The notes below the pieces were generated by a model that saw only the letters and a list, made by a program, of their open reading frames with translations, made no database searches and was not told the DNA's origin. A stretch of DNA of 64,000 nt, taken from Smithellaceae bacterium (GTDB lineage Bacteria; Desulfobacterota; Syntrophia; Syntrophales; Smithellaceae). The translations under genes and the position numbers were made by a program. The stretch covers positions 128,001 through 192,000 of the forward strand of contig CAXXVL010000002.1 of NCBI GenBank assembly GCA_963667845.2. The letters run 5' to 3'. Within the stretch, counting starts at the first letter, position 1. Every line of letters starts with the position of its first letter. Positions 36,698-47,298 of this stretch are shown here, one piece after another.

Positions 36698-38224
36698 CTA
36701 TTTTCTGCCGAAACTAATTCCAAGCTTTCTCATCCGGTGCCTCAGCGTGTTCGGATTGATGCCGAGTAAGTCAGCTGCGCCTCCTTTTCCGTTTACCCGT
36801 CCACCTGCTTGATTAAGAATGGCTTGAATGTGGCGCGCTTCCAGCTCATCAAGCCGTTGCGTTACCGGCGCGTTGGCCGGTGCCCGCTCGTTTGACGGTG
36901 TTTCAAAGCCAAGGACATGATCAAACATCAGATACTTGCCCTTGGCGAGGATGATCGCTCTTTCTACCGCATTCTCGAGTTCACGTACATTGCCGGGCCA
37001 GTCATATCGCATCAGCCGGTCGATCTCGCCCGGGGAGAGAGTGGGCACGTCGGACAGTACCATCTCTTGCGCTTTCTTTTGGATAAAATGTTCGACGAGG
37101 ATGGGTATGTCGTTCTTCCTTTCACGCAGCGGCGGCACCTTGACAGGAAAGATATTCAAGCGGAAATAGAGGTCTTCCCGAAACTGCCCAGAGTTCACCA
37201 GACTTTGCAAATCCGTGTGCGTGGCCGATATGATCCGCACGTTGACCTTAATGGTTTCCTGGCCGCCGACACGCTCGATTTCCTTTTCCTGCAGCACGCG
37301 CAGGAGGCGGACCTGGACCTGCGGCGGAAGTTCGGATACCTCATCAAGAAAAATCGTTCCTCCGTCGGCCCGCTCAAAACGACCGCGCATCTGCGCAATC
37401 GCCCCAGTAAAGGCTCCTCTTTCGTGCCCGAAGAGTTCGCTGTCGATGAGAGTCTCCGGAATAGCCCCGCAGTTGACTTTGATCAGCGGGCTGCCACTTC
37501 GATGCGAAAGTTCGTGAATGGCATTGGCGATAACTTCCTTTCCGGTGCCGGTTTCTCCCACGAGAAGCACCGGGCTCAATAAAGGAGCCACCCGGTGGAC
37601 TTTCTCCATTACATCCTTCAGACCGAAATCAGCCCCGACCAGTGTTCCTCCGATGCCCTTTTTCAATTCATTTTGGAGATAGCTTTTGTCATCCGCGAGA
37701 AGGTCCTTGACCCTGATAACTTCGCGGTACTGTAAGTGATTGGCGAGTGCGATCGCTGCTGGTTCGTTCACCAGCGCCCATACTCTTAAATCTTCGTCGC
37801 TGTATCTTTTCTCTCCCTTCACAACGGCAAGAAAAGATCCTACGTATTTTCCTTCAATCATCAGGCGATTGACCAGCACTGAAGAACGCGGCCATCTGCG
37901 GCGTTCGGCCAAACGGCGAATAATGGGATCTCCTAAGGCGTTGTCTAATTTTCTGACTCGTGGAAACCTTTCGGTATCTTGAATCTCTTGCGGCAGCAAA
38001 GGTGTGAGCGGGATTTCTTCCGGGGTAAGATGCGCGCCGCGCGAATCGGCCGTCGCAACATTCTTCATACATTTTATTTCCGGATCATATATCGTGAAAA
38101 TTAATTCATCAACGGGCATAACTCCGCTTACGTATTCGAAGCACGAAAGTAACGCTTTGTCGATCTCCAGACTTCCGCAAATGCGAATGGAAACCTCCCG
38201 GAAAAATTCATTCTTGTCGATCAT
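36698..38224 (-). CDS. Sigma54 enhancer-binding protein with an N-terminal GAF-like domain
   Basis: GETGTGKE, GHERGAFTGA, FLDEV, WPGNVRELEN, HTH (AADLLGINPNTLRHRM). Confidence 0.95.
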   Translation of the reverse strand: MIDKNEFFREVSIRICGSLEIDKALLSCFEYVSGVMPVDELIFTIYDPEIKCMKNVATADSRGAHLTPEEIPLTPLLPQEIQDTERFPRVRKLDNALGDPIIRRLAERRRWPRSSVLVNRLMIEGKYVGSFLAVVKGEKRYSDEDLRVWALVNEPAAIALANHLQYREVIRVKDLLADDKSYLQNELKKGIGGTLVGADFGLKDVMEKVHRVAPLLSPVLLVGETGTGKEVIANAIHELSHRSGSPLIKVNCGAIPETLIDSELFGHERGAFTGAIAQMRGRFERADGGTIFLDEVSELPPQVQVRLLRVLQEKEIERVGGQETIKVNVRIISATHTDLQSLVNSGQFREDLYFRLNIFPVKVPPLRERKNDIPILVEHFIQKKAQEMVLSDVPTLSPGEIDRLMRYDWPGNVRELENAVERAIILAKGKYLMFDHVLGFETPSNERAPANAPVTQRLDELEARHIQAILNQAGGRVNGKGGAADLLGINPNTLRHRMRKLGISFGRK

Positions 38225-38255
38225 AATGCCGCCTTCTTTCTATTTGTCATATAAG

Positions 38256-38386
38256 CATTTTCATATGAAATTACCATATGTGTCAAGAGTATTTTGACGT
38301 ATATGGTAATTGCTACAAGGTCATTGGTCATTTTCTTATGAAATTACCATATGCGTCAAGAGCATTCTCTCATATATGGTAATTGC
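38256..38386. repeat. Two 58-bp direct repeats (period 73), each an imperfect palindrome; probable enhancer sites
   Basis: 38256-38313 and 38329-38386, each AATTACCATAT-N21-ATATGGTAATT. Confidence 0.8.
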
Positions 38387-38402
38387 GACTTGGCCATTAT
38401 TA

Positions 38403-38448
38403 TAAGATATTGATATTTAACGATATTATTTGTGGCATGCTTTCTGCT
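38403..38448 (+). promoter_or_regulatory. IHF-like site plus sigma54 -24/-12 promoter
   Basis: TAAGATATTGATA (38403-38415, matches YAA-N4-TTGATW) and TGGCATGCTTTCTGCT (38433-38448). Confidence 0.7.
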
Positions 38449-38459
38449 AAGAAGAGGGC

Positions 38460-38774
38460 ATGAGATGGTTGGAAGAGATAAGATTGAGGACTCAGCCTCA
38501 AAAGGAAAAGGAAGTAATCGAAATACTTTTGGAAATGGCTGAGTCCGTTCATGAAAATAAGGAGTTGGGATTGGTGTCAGTCTCGGTCTATTTCTATAAA
38601 GCTCAACCGGGCGGCTTCAGCTTAATCCTTCAGTGGAATACGGCATCTACAGCTATCCCGATGCACGGAAGCGATACGGCGATGCTCATCCTCGAAGGAA
38701 TCAAGTCTCTTGGTCTATTTGACCACACTGTCATGGTCGAGAGCGGCAAGACGGTCAAAGTCAACTTTGATTGA
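38460..38774 (+). CDS. Hypothetical protein
   Basis: 104-aa ORF with GAGGG RBS directly after the sigma54 promoter. Confidence 0.6.
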   Translation: MRWLEEIRLRTQPQKEKEVIEILLEMAESVHENKELGLVSVSVYFYKAQPGGFSLILQWNTASTAIPMHGSDTAMLILEGIKSLGLFDHTVMVESGKTVKVNFD

Positions 38775-38856
38775 AGGAAGATTATTTAAGGCGAGATAGG
38801 AGGGCAACCATTGCGACGAAGCAATGGTTTATCGAATCAAAAAAAGGAGATCCAAG

Positions 38857-40341
38857 ATGAGATGTAAAGGTAAGAGCGTTTTAGTTTTTTTATGTGTCTT
38901 TTCGATTTTCTGTCTGACAATCTATGGCCCGTCTGCGGCCATGGCCCAGAAATCCGAAAAGAAGGCAAAAGTGGTTAAATCGGATACATTTGAAACCTGG
39001 TCCAAACCGAACGCAAAATTTGATGCCAATAAGATGGGCGATATGTCCGGCTTTAATCCGGCCAAGTGGGTAAATCCCGAGGGTGACACGGTTAAGATTG
39101 CCGTCGTCTGGCCCTTTTCAGGTCCTGGCGCACTCAATGGCGAACTGGCGTGGGCTTGCATAACTTTTGCCGCATACGACATTAATCAGCGCGGCGGCAT
39201 TCTGGTCGACGGCAAAAAGAAAAAGATTGCTTTGTTCAAGGCGGACAGCATGTCCAAGCCGGATCAGGGTAAGAAGGTCTGCGAACGTATGGTCCTCCAG
39301 GAGAAGGTCCATGTCCTGCTGGGCACTTCGGGAAGTAATATCCAGAAGATCATCAACGAAGTGGCCAACAAATACAAAGTCATTGGCGTGAATATCGCTG
39401 CACTGTCCGATGACCTTCAGGATGCGACAAACTTCAATCGTTATTCCTTCATGAGCTCCGATACCACGGACTCCATCGGCCGCGGGATGGCCTATTATTA
39501 CGGTCAGATTCGCAAGAAAGAAAAGAAATTCTATATCCTTTGCCAGGATTACTCCTTTGGCCATGGAATGGCCGAAGGATTTAAGCATGGTCTGAAGGAA
39601 TACTTCCCTGAAGCGCAAATCGTGGGAGAGGACTACCATAAGCTTTTCCTAACTGATTTTGCCCCTTATCTGACCAAGATCAGGGCTTCGGGCGCGGAGG
39701 TGGTCTGGACCGGCGACTGGCTTCCCGATTCCGGAAACCTGCTCAAGCAGGCTCGCCAAATGGGGATAACAATCCCTTTCGCCAATCTCTATCTGGATGA
39801 ACCCAATATGCTCAACGAAATCGGTGTGGAAGGAACCAGAGGACTGGTCAATATCACACACTATGACAAGGCAGGACCTGCTTTTACATCTCCCGGCGTG
39901 ATTAAGTATTACAAGGCGTGGAACGATGGGTGGAAAAAAGGATGGAAGACAGCCCCGTACAATAGTCAGTTATTCCGTCATCCAGCGGGCACAATCGGAC
40001 AATGGCAGCAACAGACTTATTGGCTTTTGAGCGTGATCGAACGGGCCGGCAGCACGGACCCTGAAAAGATCATCAAGGTTTGGGAAGGGGATACGTATCA
40101 GTGGGTCAATGGCCGGATCATCAAGATGCGGGCATGCGACCATAAGGCGATTCAGGGCTTCCGGGTAGCCGAGTACGTGCCGCCCGCGGAACAAAAGGTA
40201 TCGTTCAATATGCCTCCTTACCATTGGTATGAAAATGCATCGAATGTCGGGCCGTCGTGGGAAATCCCGGCCGGCAAGGTTCTGCCCCTCATGGATCGGA
40301 AACTGGATCGGTGTAAGGGTAAGAATGACTGGGGGCAATAA
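38857..40341 (+). CDS. ABC-type substrate-binding protein (LivK / periplasmic binding protein type 1)
   Basis: Signal peptide, PFSGPGA, DINQRGGI, QDYSFGH, DFAPYLTKI. ATG 38857 after AGGAG. Confidence 0.85.
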   Translation: MRCKGKSVLVFLCVFSIFCLTIYGPSAAMAQKSEKKAKVVKSDTFETWSKPNAKFDANKMGDMSGFNPAKWVNPEGDTVKIAVVWPFSGPGALNGELAWACITFAAYDINQRGGILVDGKKKKIALFKADSMSKPDQGKKVCERMVLQEKVHVLLGTSGSNIQKIINEVANKYKVIGVNIAALSDDLQDATNFNRYSFMSSDTTDSIGRGMAYYYGQIRKKEKKFYILCQDYSFGHGMAEGFKHGLKEYFPEAQIVGEDYHKLFLTDFAPYLTKIRASGAEVVWTGDWLPDSGNLLKQARQMGITIPFANLYLDEPNMLNEIGVEGTRGLVNITHYDKAGPAFTSPGVIKYYKAWNDGWKKGWKTAPYNSQLFRHPAGTIGQWQQQTYWLLSVIERAGSTDPEKIIKVWEGDTYQWVNGRIIKMRACDHKAIQGFRVAEYVPPAEQKVSFNMPPYHWYENASNVGPSWEIPAGKVLPLMDRKLDRCKGKNDWGQ

Positions 40342-40741
40342 CTCGTTAATAAAGAAGAGCGCATGGTGCATGACGCCAGTTCCCCTGCGTTGTGCACTAT
40401 GCCTCACTCTAACAAGAATGGTCCTGTCAAAGGTGCGACAACCTCAATGTATTTAGGACAGGAATTACAGGGACGTGTTTACGGCTTGGACTAGGGATTA
40501 TCAGTGACCTGCTACGAAAGCGGGGGAAATTAATAAATCAGAAGCTATGATACAACTTTCAGAAATTCATGTTTCCCAATGATTTCCTTTAGGGAGGAAA
40601 GTAGTTGGATCCGGTGTTTCTAAGGTTAGAACAAGATTTACAAAAATCAAAGAAGAATAGGAAATGTCTGGTTCGGAACATTGCATTAATAATAAGAAGA
40701 AGAAATTATTAAATTTTTATAAAATATCATGAGGTAACACA

Positions 40742-41890
40742 ATGAATTTTGCACCAACAGAAGAACAATTAATGGTTAGGGACATGGTCCGGAAATTTGC
40801 CGAAGCGGAAATCAAACCGATCGCAGCCGAACTGGATCACACCCATCGCCACCCCGAGGAAATTTGCAGGAAGCTCGGCGAAATGGGCATCATGGGCGTA
40901 TCGGTTCCCACGGAATACGGCGGAGCGGGCATGGATAATGTGACGTACGTCATGGCGATGATCGAGATCTCCAAGGCTTGCGCAAGCTGCGGCGTCATCG
41001 TCTCCGTCAACAATACATTGTATGGCCATCCGGTTAAAACCTTCGGGACGCATGAACAAAAACTGAAATTCCTCACGCCTGTCGCCGGTGGCCAGGTCGA
41101 AGGCTGCTATGGCCTTACCGAAGCCGGAGCCGGCTCCGACGCGGCTGCGCTGCGCTGCAAGGCGGAGCTCAAAGGTGACAAATACATCGTCAACGGGACG
41201 AAAGTTTTCATTACCAACGGACCGGTGGCCCGTTACTGCGTTTTGGCGGCCACAACCGATTTGTCCCTGGGCTACAAGGGCGTCATCAATTTAATCGTTG
41301 ATTTAAAGGAAACCCCCGGATTCAAGGTCGGCAAGATCGAAGAAAAATTGGGCATCCTGGCTTCCGGCACCTCGGAACTCGTGTTTGAAGATGCGGAAAT
41401 TCCGGCGGCAAATCTCCTGGGCAAGCCCGGGCAGGGTTTTCAGCAGATGATGGCGGGCCTCAATGCTGGCCGCATCGGCATCGGTGCGCAGGCCTGCGGT
41501 ATCGGTCGCGCCTGCCTGGAAGATGCGTTAGCCTACTCCAAGGAACGTATACAGTTCGGGAAACCCATCGCCTCAAACCAGGTGATTCAGTTTAAACTTG
41601 CCGATATGGCGACTCAGCTGGATGCAGCGGAATTGCTGCTTTTGCGGGCGGCCTGGATGGAAGATCAGGGCATGGATTTTGAGAAGGAGTCCGCCATGTC
41701 TAAATATTATTCCTCCGACGTCGCGATGAATGCAGCGATCGAATGCGTGCAGATTTTCGGCGGCTACGGCTACGTGAAGGAATACCCGGCGGAGCGTCAT
41801 ATGCGCGATGCCAAGATCTGCCAGATCTATGAAGGCACCAACGAAATCCAGCGCGTCGTCGTGGCCAGAAAACTACTCGGACAGAGATAG
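40742..41890 (+). CDS. Acyl-CoA dehydrogenase (short/branched-chain type)
   Basis: YGLTEAGAGSD, NGTKVFITNG, GRIGI, QIFGGYGY, IYEGTNEIQR. Confidence 0.95.
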   Translation: MNFAPTEEQLMVRDMVRKFAEAEIKPIAAELDHTHRHPEEICRKLGEMGIMGVSVPTEYGGAGMDNVTYVMAMIEISKACASCGVIVSVNNTLYGHPVKTFGTHEQKLKFLTPVAGGQVEGCYGLTEAGAGSDAAALRCKAELKGDKYIVNGTKVFITNGPVARYCVLAATTDLSLGYKGVINLIVDLKETPGFKVGKIEEKLGILASGTSELVFEDAEIPAANLLGKPGQGFQQMMAGLNAGRIGIGAQACGIGRACLEDALAYSKERIQFGKPIASNQVIQFKLADMATQLDAAELLLLRAAWMEDQGMDFEKESAMSKYYSSDVAMNAAIECVQIFGGYGYVKEYPAERHMRDAKICQIYEGTNEIQRVVVARKLLGQR

Positions 41891-41935
41891 CATTCAAAGC
41901 AAGATTGACGCAAGACAGAGTTAATGGAGTAGATA

Positions 41936-44062
41936 ATGTGCGATGAAGCTCAGAACATAAAGTATCTTTTTGAACCTCGATCGATTGCAGTTATAGGGGC
42001 TTCAAAAGAGAAAAGTAAAATTGGCGGGGCCGTTTTGAATAATATCCTGTCGGGTGGATACGCAGGAAAGGTTTTTCCAATCAATCCTGCCGGAGGTGAA
42101 ATTCAAGGGATTAAGGGTTATAAAAACATTACGGATATTGGAGATAACATAGATGTTGCCGTTATCACGATTCCATCAAAATTCGTCTATGATTCAGCGA
42201 AGCAGTGCGCAGACTTAGGCGTTAAACACAGCATTATCATTACATCAGGATTTGCGGAAATAGGGAACTTAAAAGAGGAAAGAAGAATTGCCGACTATGC
42301 CGCTGAGAAGGGAATGCGCATCTTAGGGCCGAACGTATTCGGCGTCTACTCGGCTCATTCCCGCGTCAATACCACATTTGTTTCAGGAGTTATTCCGCCC
42401 GGCCATCTGGCTATGATTACGCAGAGCGGTGCCCTCGGCTTGACGCTGATCGGTATGGCGAGCATAGACAAAATCGGCATGTCCGCCATCGCATCGGTAG
42501 GTAATAAATCGGACATTGATGAATCCGATCTATTACAATATATCGTTGATGATGAGGCCTCACGGGTTATCCTGATGTACGTGGAAGGCGTACGGGACGG
42601 CGAAAAATTCATCCACGCAATGAAAAAGACGACCAGTAAAAAACCGGTCGTTATCATCAAGGCCGGCCGCTCGGAGAGGGGCAGCCGGGCGGCGGCCTCA
42701 CATACGGGTTCCCTGGCCGGTTCGGATGAAGTCTTTGATGATCTGATCAGGCAGTGCGGCGCCTTGAGAGCGGATAATCTCAAAGAAGCCTTCACTTGGT
42801 CAACACTTCTGGCGAATAACCCGCTTCCCAAGGGTGACAATACAGTCATTGTAACCAACGGCGGTGGCGCCGGTGTTATGGCGTCCGACGCCTGTGAAAA
42901 ATTCGGCGTCACACTTTATGACAATCCTGAAAGGTTAAAGAGTATTTTCTCTCACGTGACTCCGGAATTCGGTTCCACGAAAAATCCTATCGATTTGACC
43001 GGGTCAGCGGGAGGGAAGGAATATATCGATGCCTTCGATGCCGCTGCAGCTGACAAAGATATTGATTCTATTATAGGCATTTTTTGTGAAACGGCGATTA
43101 TTAGCGCCGATCACTTGGAGATGGGCATCGCTGGGGCCTATGAGAAGATTAAAGCTGCTGGGAAGACCATCGTCTTCTCGCTCATGGGCGGTGAAGCCAC
43201 GGCGGAGTATGGAAGGGCAGCGAGAAAAAGACAAATTCCTGTTGTTGAGGAAGTTTATGATTCCGTATCATCACTGGGTGCTGCATTTCGGTATAAGAAA
43301 TACTTGGAAGACGAGAGCCAATCAACAGAAATTATCGATACACCGGATTTTGACGTGGCATCGATCATCTCAATCGTGGACCAGGCAAAAAAGCAGGGCC
43401 GATACTTTCTTCTCGCCCCTGAAGCACAAAAGATCATGGATATTGCCGGGATTACGATTCCCAGAAGTATACCGGCCAGGACAATAAAGGATGCCGTCAA
43501 AGCAGCAAATGCCATCGGATATCCGGTCGTCATGAAAGTTGTCTCCAAGGACATCATTCATAAAAGCGATGCCGGTGGTATTGCTCTGGACCTGGAGAAT
43601 GAAAAAGAGATTGAAGACGCATATGGCGCCATTATTGAAAACTGCAAGGCATATGCCCCCTCTGCCTTGATTGAGGGCGTGGACATTTCGGAAATGGTGG
43701 GAGAGGGCATCGAATTAATCGTCGGTGCGCGTATCGATCACACTTTCGGTCCGATCGTGATGATCGGCCTCGGGGGAATATACGTGGAAGTCATGAAGGA
43801 TGTTTCTTTCCGGGCGGTTCCTTTGGATAAGACAGAAGTCATTCGGATGATTAAAGAAATTCGTTCCTATCCGCTGTTGTTGGGGGTGCGGGGAGAAAAG
43901 AGAAAAGATATAGAGTCTGTCATTACAACAATCATGAAACTGGGAATGATCATTCGTTATTGCAGAGGCATTGCGGATATTGAAATTAACCCATTAGTGG
44001 TCTATGAGCAGGGATCAGGCGCTAAGGCAGTTGATGTCAGAATCATTCTCACAAAAGAGTGA
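41936..44062 (+). CDS. Acyl-CoA synthetase, NDP-forming (fused AcdA/AcdB)
   Basis: IAVIGAS, GPN, QSGAL, SHTGSLAG (phospho-His), TNGGGAG, NPIDL, IIHKSDAGG, EINPL. Confidence 0.9.
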   Translation: MCDEAQNIKYLFEPRSIAVIGASKEKSKIGGAVLNNILSGGYAGKVFPINPAGGEIQGIKGYKNITDIGDNIDVAVITIPSKFVYDSAKQCADLGVKHSIIITSGFAEIGNLKEERRIADYAAEKGMRILGPNVFGVYSAHSRVNTTFVSGVIPPGHLAMITQSGALGLTLIGMASIDKIGMSAIASVGNKSDIDESDLLQYIVDDEASRVILMYVEGVRDGEKFIHAMKKTTSKKPVVIIKAGRSERGSRAAASHTGSLAGSDEVFDDLIRQCGALRADNLKEAFTWSTLLANNPLPKGDNTVIVTNGGGAGVMASDACEKFGVTLYDNPERLKSIFSHVTPEFGSTKNPIDLTGSAGGKEYIDAFDAAAADKDIDSIIGIFCETAIISADHLEMGIAGAYEKIKAAGKTIVFSLMGGEATAEYGRAARKRQIPVVEEVYDSVSSLGAAFRYKKYLEDESQSTEIIDTPDFDVASIISIVDQAKKQGRYFLLAPEAQKIMDIAGITIPRSIPARTIKDAVKAANAIGYPVVMKVVSKDIIHKSDAGGIALDLENEKEIEDAYGAIIENCKAYAPSALIEGVDISEMVGEGIELIVGARIDHTFGPIVMIGLGGIYVEVMKDVSFRAVPLDKTEVIRMIKEIRSYPLLLGVRGEKRKDIESVITTIMKLGMIIRYCRGIADIEINPLVVYEQGSGAKAVDVRIILTKE

Positions 44063-44116
44063 TCTGGTAAAAGTTATATATGAAACCATAATCGATTATA
44101 AATAGGAGTGATTCTG

Positions 44117-45166
44117 ATGGAACGATTAATTATTTCGTCCTTGCGACAAAGCGCTGGAAAAACCAGCCTGATCGTTGGTTTGGCAAAGGCGTTAAACATG
44201 AAGATGGGTTACATGAAACCCTTCGGAGAAAGATACCTTTATAAGAAGAAACGGCTTTGGGATTATGATGCTGCCCTCATTACCCAAATATTCAATATGG
44301 AGGACAATCCAAAAGAGATGAGCATCGGGTTTCATCATCTTCAATTGTTTTATGCTTTGAATGAGGATGCTATAAGAGCAAAGCTCCTGGATACGTTTCA
44401 ATTTTTAAGCAACAATAAGGACATTTTTTTCGTGGAGGAAGGGAATGACATTTCTTACGGAACATCTGTACATTTGGATGCCAGAACCGTGACAAAAGAT
44501 CTGGATGGGCAGCTCTTGCTTGTGGTCAGCGGCAATGAAAATACGATCGTTGATGATATTGGTTTCATTGCTACAGGACTGGTCCTGGATCGCACGCATT
44601 TCAAAGGGGTCGTCATCAACAAAGTGACCAATATGCAGGACTTTGCCGACAGCTATTTGCCGATTATTAAGAAGATGGAAGTTCCGATCCTGGGGATTTT
44701 GCCTTATTGCCCCGAATTGACATACTTCAGCGCTGAATATCTCGCCGATCGGATCTTCGCCAAAGTACTGGCAGGCGAATCCGGATTGCAGCATCAAATT
44801 CGGAATACCTTGGTTGGTTTTGTCGGTGCGGATGCGGCTGTTCAAAGCAGTTTATTTGAAGACCGCCATAAAGCGCTGGTTGTCAGTGGGGAACGCAGTG
44901 ATTTGATTTTGAAGGCCATCGAATACCGCATCGCCGCCGTCATTCTAACCAATAATGTTATTCCGTCTCCTGCAATTATATCCCAGGCCGAAAACGCGGG
45001 TGTTCCTCTTCTTCTGGTTCCCGCTGATACGATCGAGACGGCAAGGCAAATTGATGGTATTGAACCTTTGACGACGAGCAAAGACACAGGAAAGATTGCC
45101 CTTATCGAAAGGATGGTGCGGGAAAATATAGATATTCAGCGCATAATCCAGAAAGCTTCGTTGTAA
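44117..45166 (+). CDS. Phosphotransacetylase N-terminal-like protein (BioD-like P-loop + DRTGG domain)
   Basis: SAGKTSLIVGL, GYMKPFG, GVVINK, SGERSDL..AI, VILTNN; no PTA catalytic domain. Confidence 0.8.
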   Translation: MERLIISSLRQSAGKTSLIVGLAKALNMKMGYMKPFGERYLYKKKRLWDYDAALITQIFNMEDNPKEMSIGFHHLQLFYALNEDAIRAKLLDTFQFLSNNKDIFFVEEGNDISYGTSVHLDARTVTKDLDGQLLLVVSGNENTIVDDIGFIATGLVLDRTHFKGVVINKVTNMQDFADSYLPIIKKMEVPILGILPYCPELTYFSAEYLADRIFAKVLAGESGLQHQIRNTLVGFVGADAAVQSSLFEDRHKALVVSGERSDLILKAIEYRIAAVILTNNVIPSPAIISQAENAGVPLLLVPADTIETARQIDGIEPLTTSKDTGKIALIERMVRENIDIQRIIQKASL

Positions 45167-45352
45167 GGTCCGGGATGACCGGCAGACTTGAACCTCGTGT
45201 CTGACCTGATGACAAATCATCTCGCAAGAAGTGGCAAGTGCAGAAAATCGTCGACAAGCAAGTTAGAAAAAGAGAAACGGAAGCGAAGCAGATATGAACA
45301 ACCCTCCATTTAATGGAGTATATTTTAAAAATCGAAGGGAAGCACGCCTGAC

Positions 45353-47242
45353 GTGCCTACGGTAACGAATTTGCTTGAATATTGGAAAAACAAATATCCC
45401 GAAAAGTTTGCCGATGAAGATACGGTTTTCCAGCATATCCACAGGGGAAACACGATATTCATCAGCTCGGCCTGCGCGGAGCCCCGGTATCTCGTGCAGC
45501 GAATGGTCGACTATGCCGAAGCGAAGCCCCAGGCATTTTACGATGCTGAAGTGATTCACGTGAACTCGCTCGGAATCGCACCGTATACGGGATTGAAAGT
45601 CAAGTCAAAGTTCAGGCATAACTCGTTCTTCATCAGCAACGCCACGCGGGATGCCGTCAACGAAGGGCGCGCCGATTATACACCGATATCCTGGTCCCAG
45701 GTCCCTGATTTGTTCTATCGGGGCCTCATGCGGATCGATGTCGCTCTGATTCAGACATCCCTGCCGGATAAGCAAGGATTCGTCAGCCTCGGCATCAGTG
45801 TGGACATCGGCAAAGCGGCGTTGGCGAATGCGTCCTGCATCATTGCACAAGTGAACGCGCAAATGCCGCGCGTTCATGGCGACACCTTCATCCATCTGGA
45901 CAAGATTAATTATATTATTCCTCATGATGATCCTCTCCTGGAATACACGCCCGCGGCAGATACGGATACCGTCCAGAAGATTGGAAAATACGTTGCACGA
46001 CTGGTAGAGGACGGCGATACTATCCAGGTTGGGTACGGATCCATACCGAGTGCCATTCTGGCGAATCTATCGGGGAAAAAGCATCTCGGCATTCACACGG
46101 AGTTTTTCAGCGACGGTCTTGTCGACTTGATTAAAAAGGGGGTCGTCGACAATACTCAAAAGACCATCAACCGCCATAAGTCGGTGGCATCGTTTTGCAT
46201 GGGCCATAAAGAGACCTATGAATTTGTCGATGATAATCCGGCCATCGAATTCAGACCGATAGACTATACGAATAATATCATGGTCATCGCTCAGCATGAA
46301 AATATGGTCGCCATTAATAGTGTTTTGGAAATAGACCTGACCGGGCAAGCCACAGCGGCATCCATTGGAAGGGTATTTTATAGCGGTGTTGGCGGGCAGT
46401 CCGACTTCATGCGGGGGGCTGATTTATCCAAAAACGGCAAAGTCATTCTTGCTGTGCAATCCACGGCAGAAGGAGGTAAGGTATCGCGGATTACGCCGAC
46501 CCTGACACCGGGAGCCGGAGCCACTGTAACACGTTACGATGTCCATTATGTCGTTACGGAATACGGAATCGCCTACCTGCACGGGAAAAACATCCGGGAA
46601 CGGGCCATGGACCTCATCGCCATCGCCCATCCGAAATTCAGGCTTTGGCTAATTGAAGAGGCGAAAAAAGCAGGGTTGATTTATCAAGATCAAGCATTTA
46701 TTCCGGGAGAAAAAGGAAAGTATCCTGAGGAACTGGAAACGACCAGAATCACAAAAACGGGCCTTCGCATTTTCTTCCGACCTATTAAAATCAGTGATGA
46801 GTCTTTATTGCAGGACTTTCTTTATTCTCTGTCCGATAACAGCCTTTACCGCCGCTTTATTTCCATCCGCAGGGATATGCCCCACGAACGGATTCAGGAA
46901 TTTGTCGTGATCGACTATACGAAAGAGACGGCGATTCTGGCGATCATTGGTGATGATCGGATGCAAAAGATTGTTGGTGTAGGGAGATTCTTTGTTGATG
47001 ACGTGAGACACGTTGCCGAGGTCGCGTTTGCGGTCCGTGATAATTACGCCAATAAAGGCATTGGTACGGAATTACTGTCCTACCTGACTTATCTTGCAAA
47101 ACGGCAGGGCCTTCTGGGATTTACCGCCGACGTCCTGATAGAAAACAGGCCCATGCTGCACGTATTTGAAAAAGGCGGCTTTGATATTGCAAAACAGAGT
47201 ACGGCCGGTATTTACAGTATGACCATGGCCTTCAGGAGATAA
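45353..47242 (+). CDS. Acetyl-CoA hydrolase/CoA-transferase fused to a C-terminal GNAT domain
   Basis: SLGISVD, QVGYG, LGIHTE, EIDLTGQ, SGVGGQSDF, VVTEYG; C-terminal AEVAFAV..NKGIGT..N..ML. Confidence 0.9.
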   Translation: MPTVTNLLEYWKNKYPEKFADEDTVFQHIHRGNTIFISSACAEPRYLVQRMVDYAEAKPQAFYDAEVIHVNSLGIAPYTGLKVKSKFRHNSFFISNATRDAVNEGRADYTPISWSQVPDLFYRGLMRIDVALIQTSLPDKQGFVSLGISVDIGKAALANASCIIAQVNAQMPRVHGDTFIHLDKINYIIPHDDPLLEYTPAADTDTVQKIGKYVARLVEDGDTIQVGYGSIPSAILANLSGKKHLGIHTEFFSDGLVDLIKKGVVDNTQKTINRHKSVASFCMGHKETYEFVDDNPAIEFRPIDYTNNIMVIAQHENMVAINSVLEIDLTGQATAASIGRVFYSGVGGQSDFMRGADLSKNGKVILAVQSTAEGGKVSRITPTLTPGAGATVTRYDVHYVVTEYGIAYLHGKNIRERAMDLIAIAHPKFRLWLIEEAKKAGLIYQDQAFIPGEKGKYPEELETTRITKTGLRIFFRPIKISDESLLQDFLYSLSDNSLYRRFISIRRDMPHERIQEFVVIDYTKETAILAIIGDDRMQKIVGVGRFFVDDVRHVAEVAFAVRDNYANKGIGTELLSYLTYLAKRQGLLGFTADVLIENRPMLHVFEKGGFDIAKQSTAGIYSMTMAFRR

Positions 47243-47298
47243 TACATTCTGAAAGGCCTATACACTCGCTTGATTCAGAACATCGGGAGCCGCCGCAT

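Noticed and set aside
38256..38386. Possible mini-CRISPR array
   Set aside because: Only two 58-bp units with a 15-bp gap and no cas genes; the position matches an enhancer.
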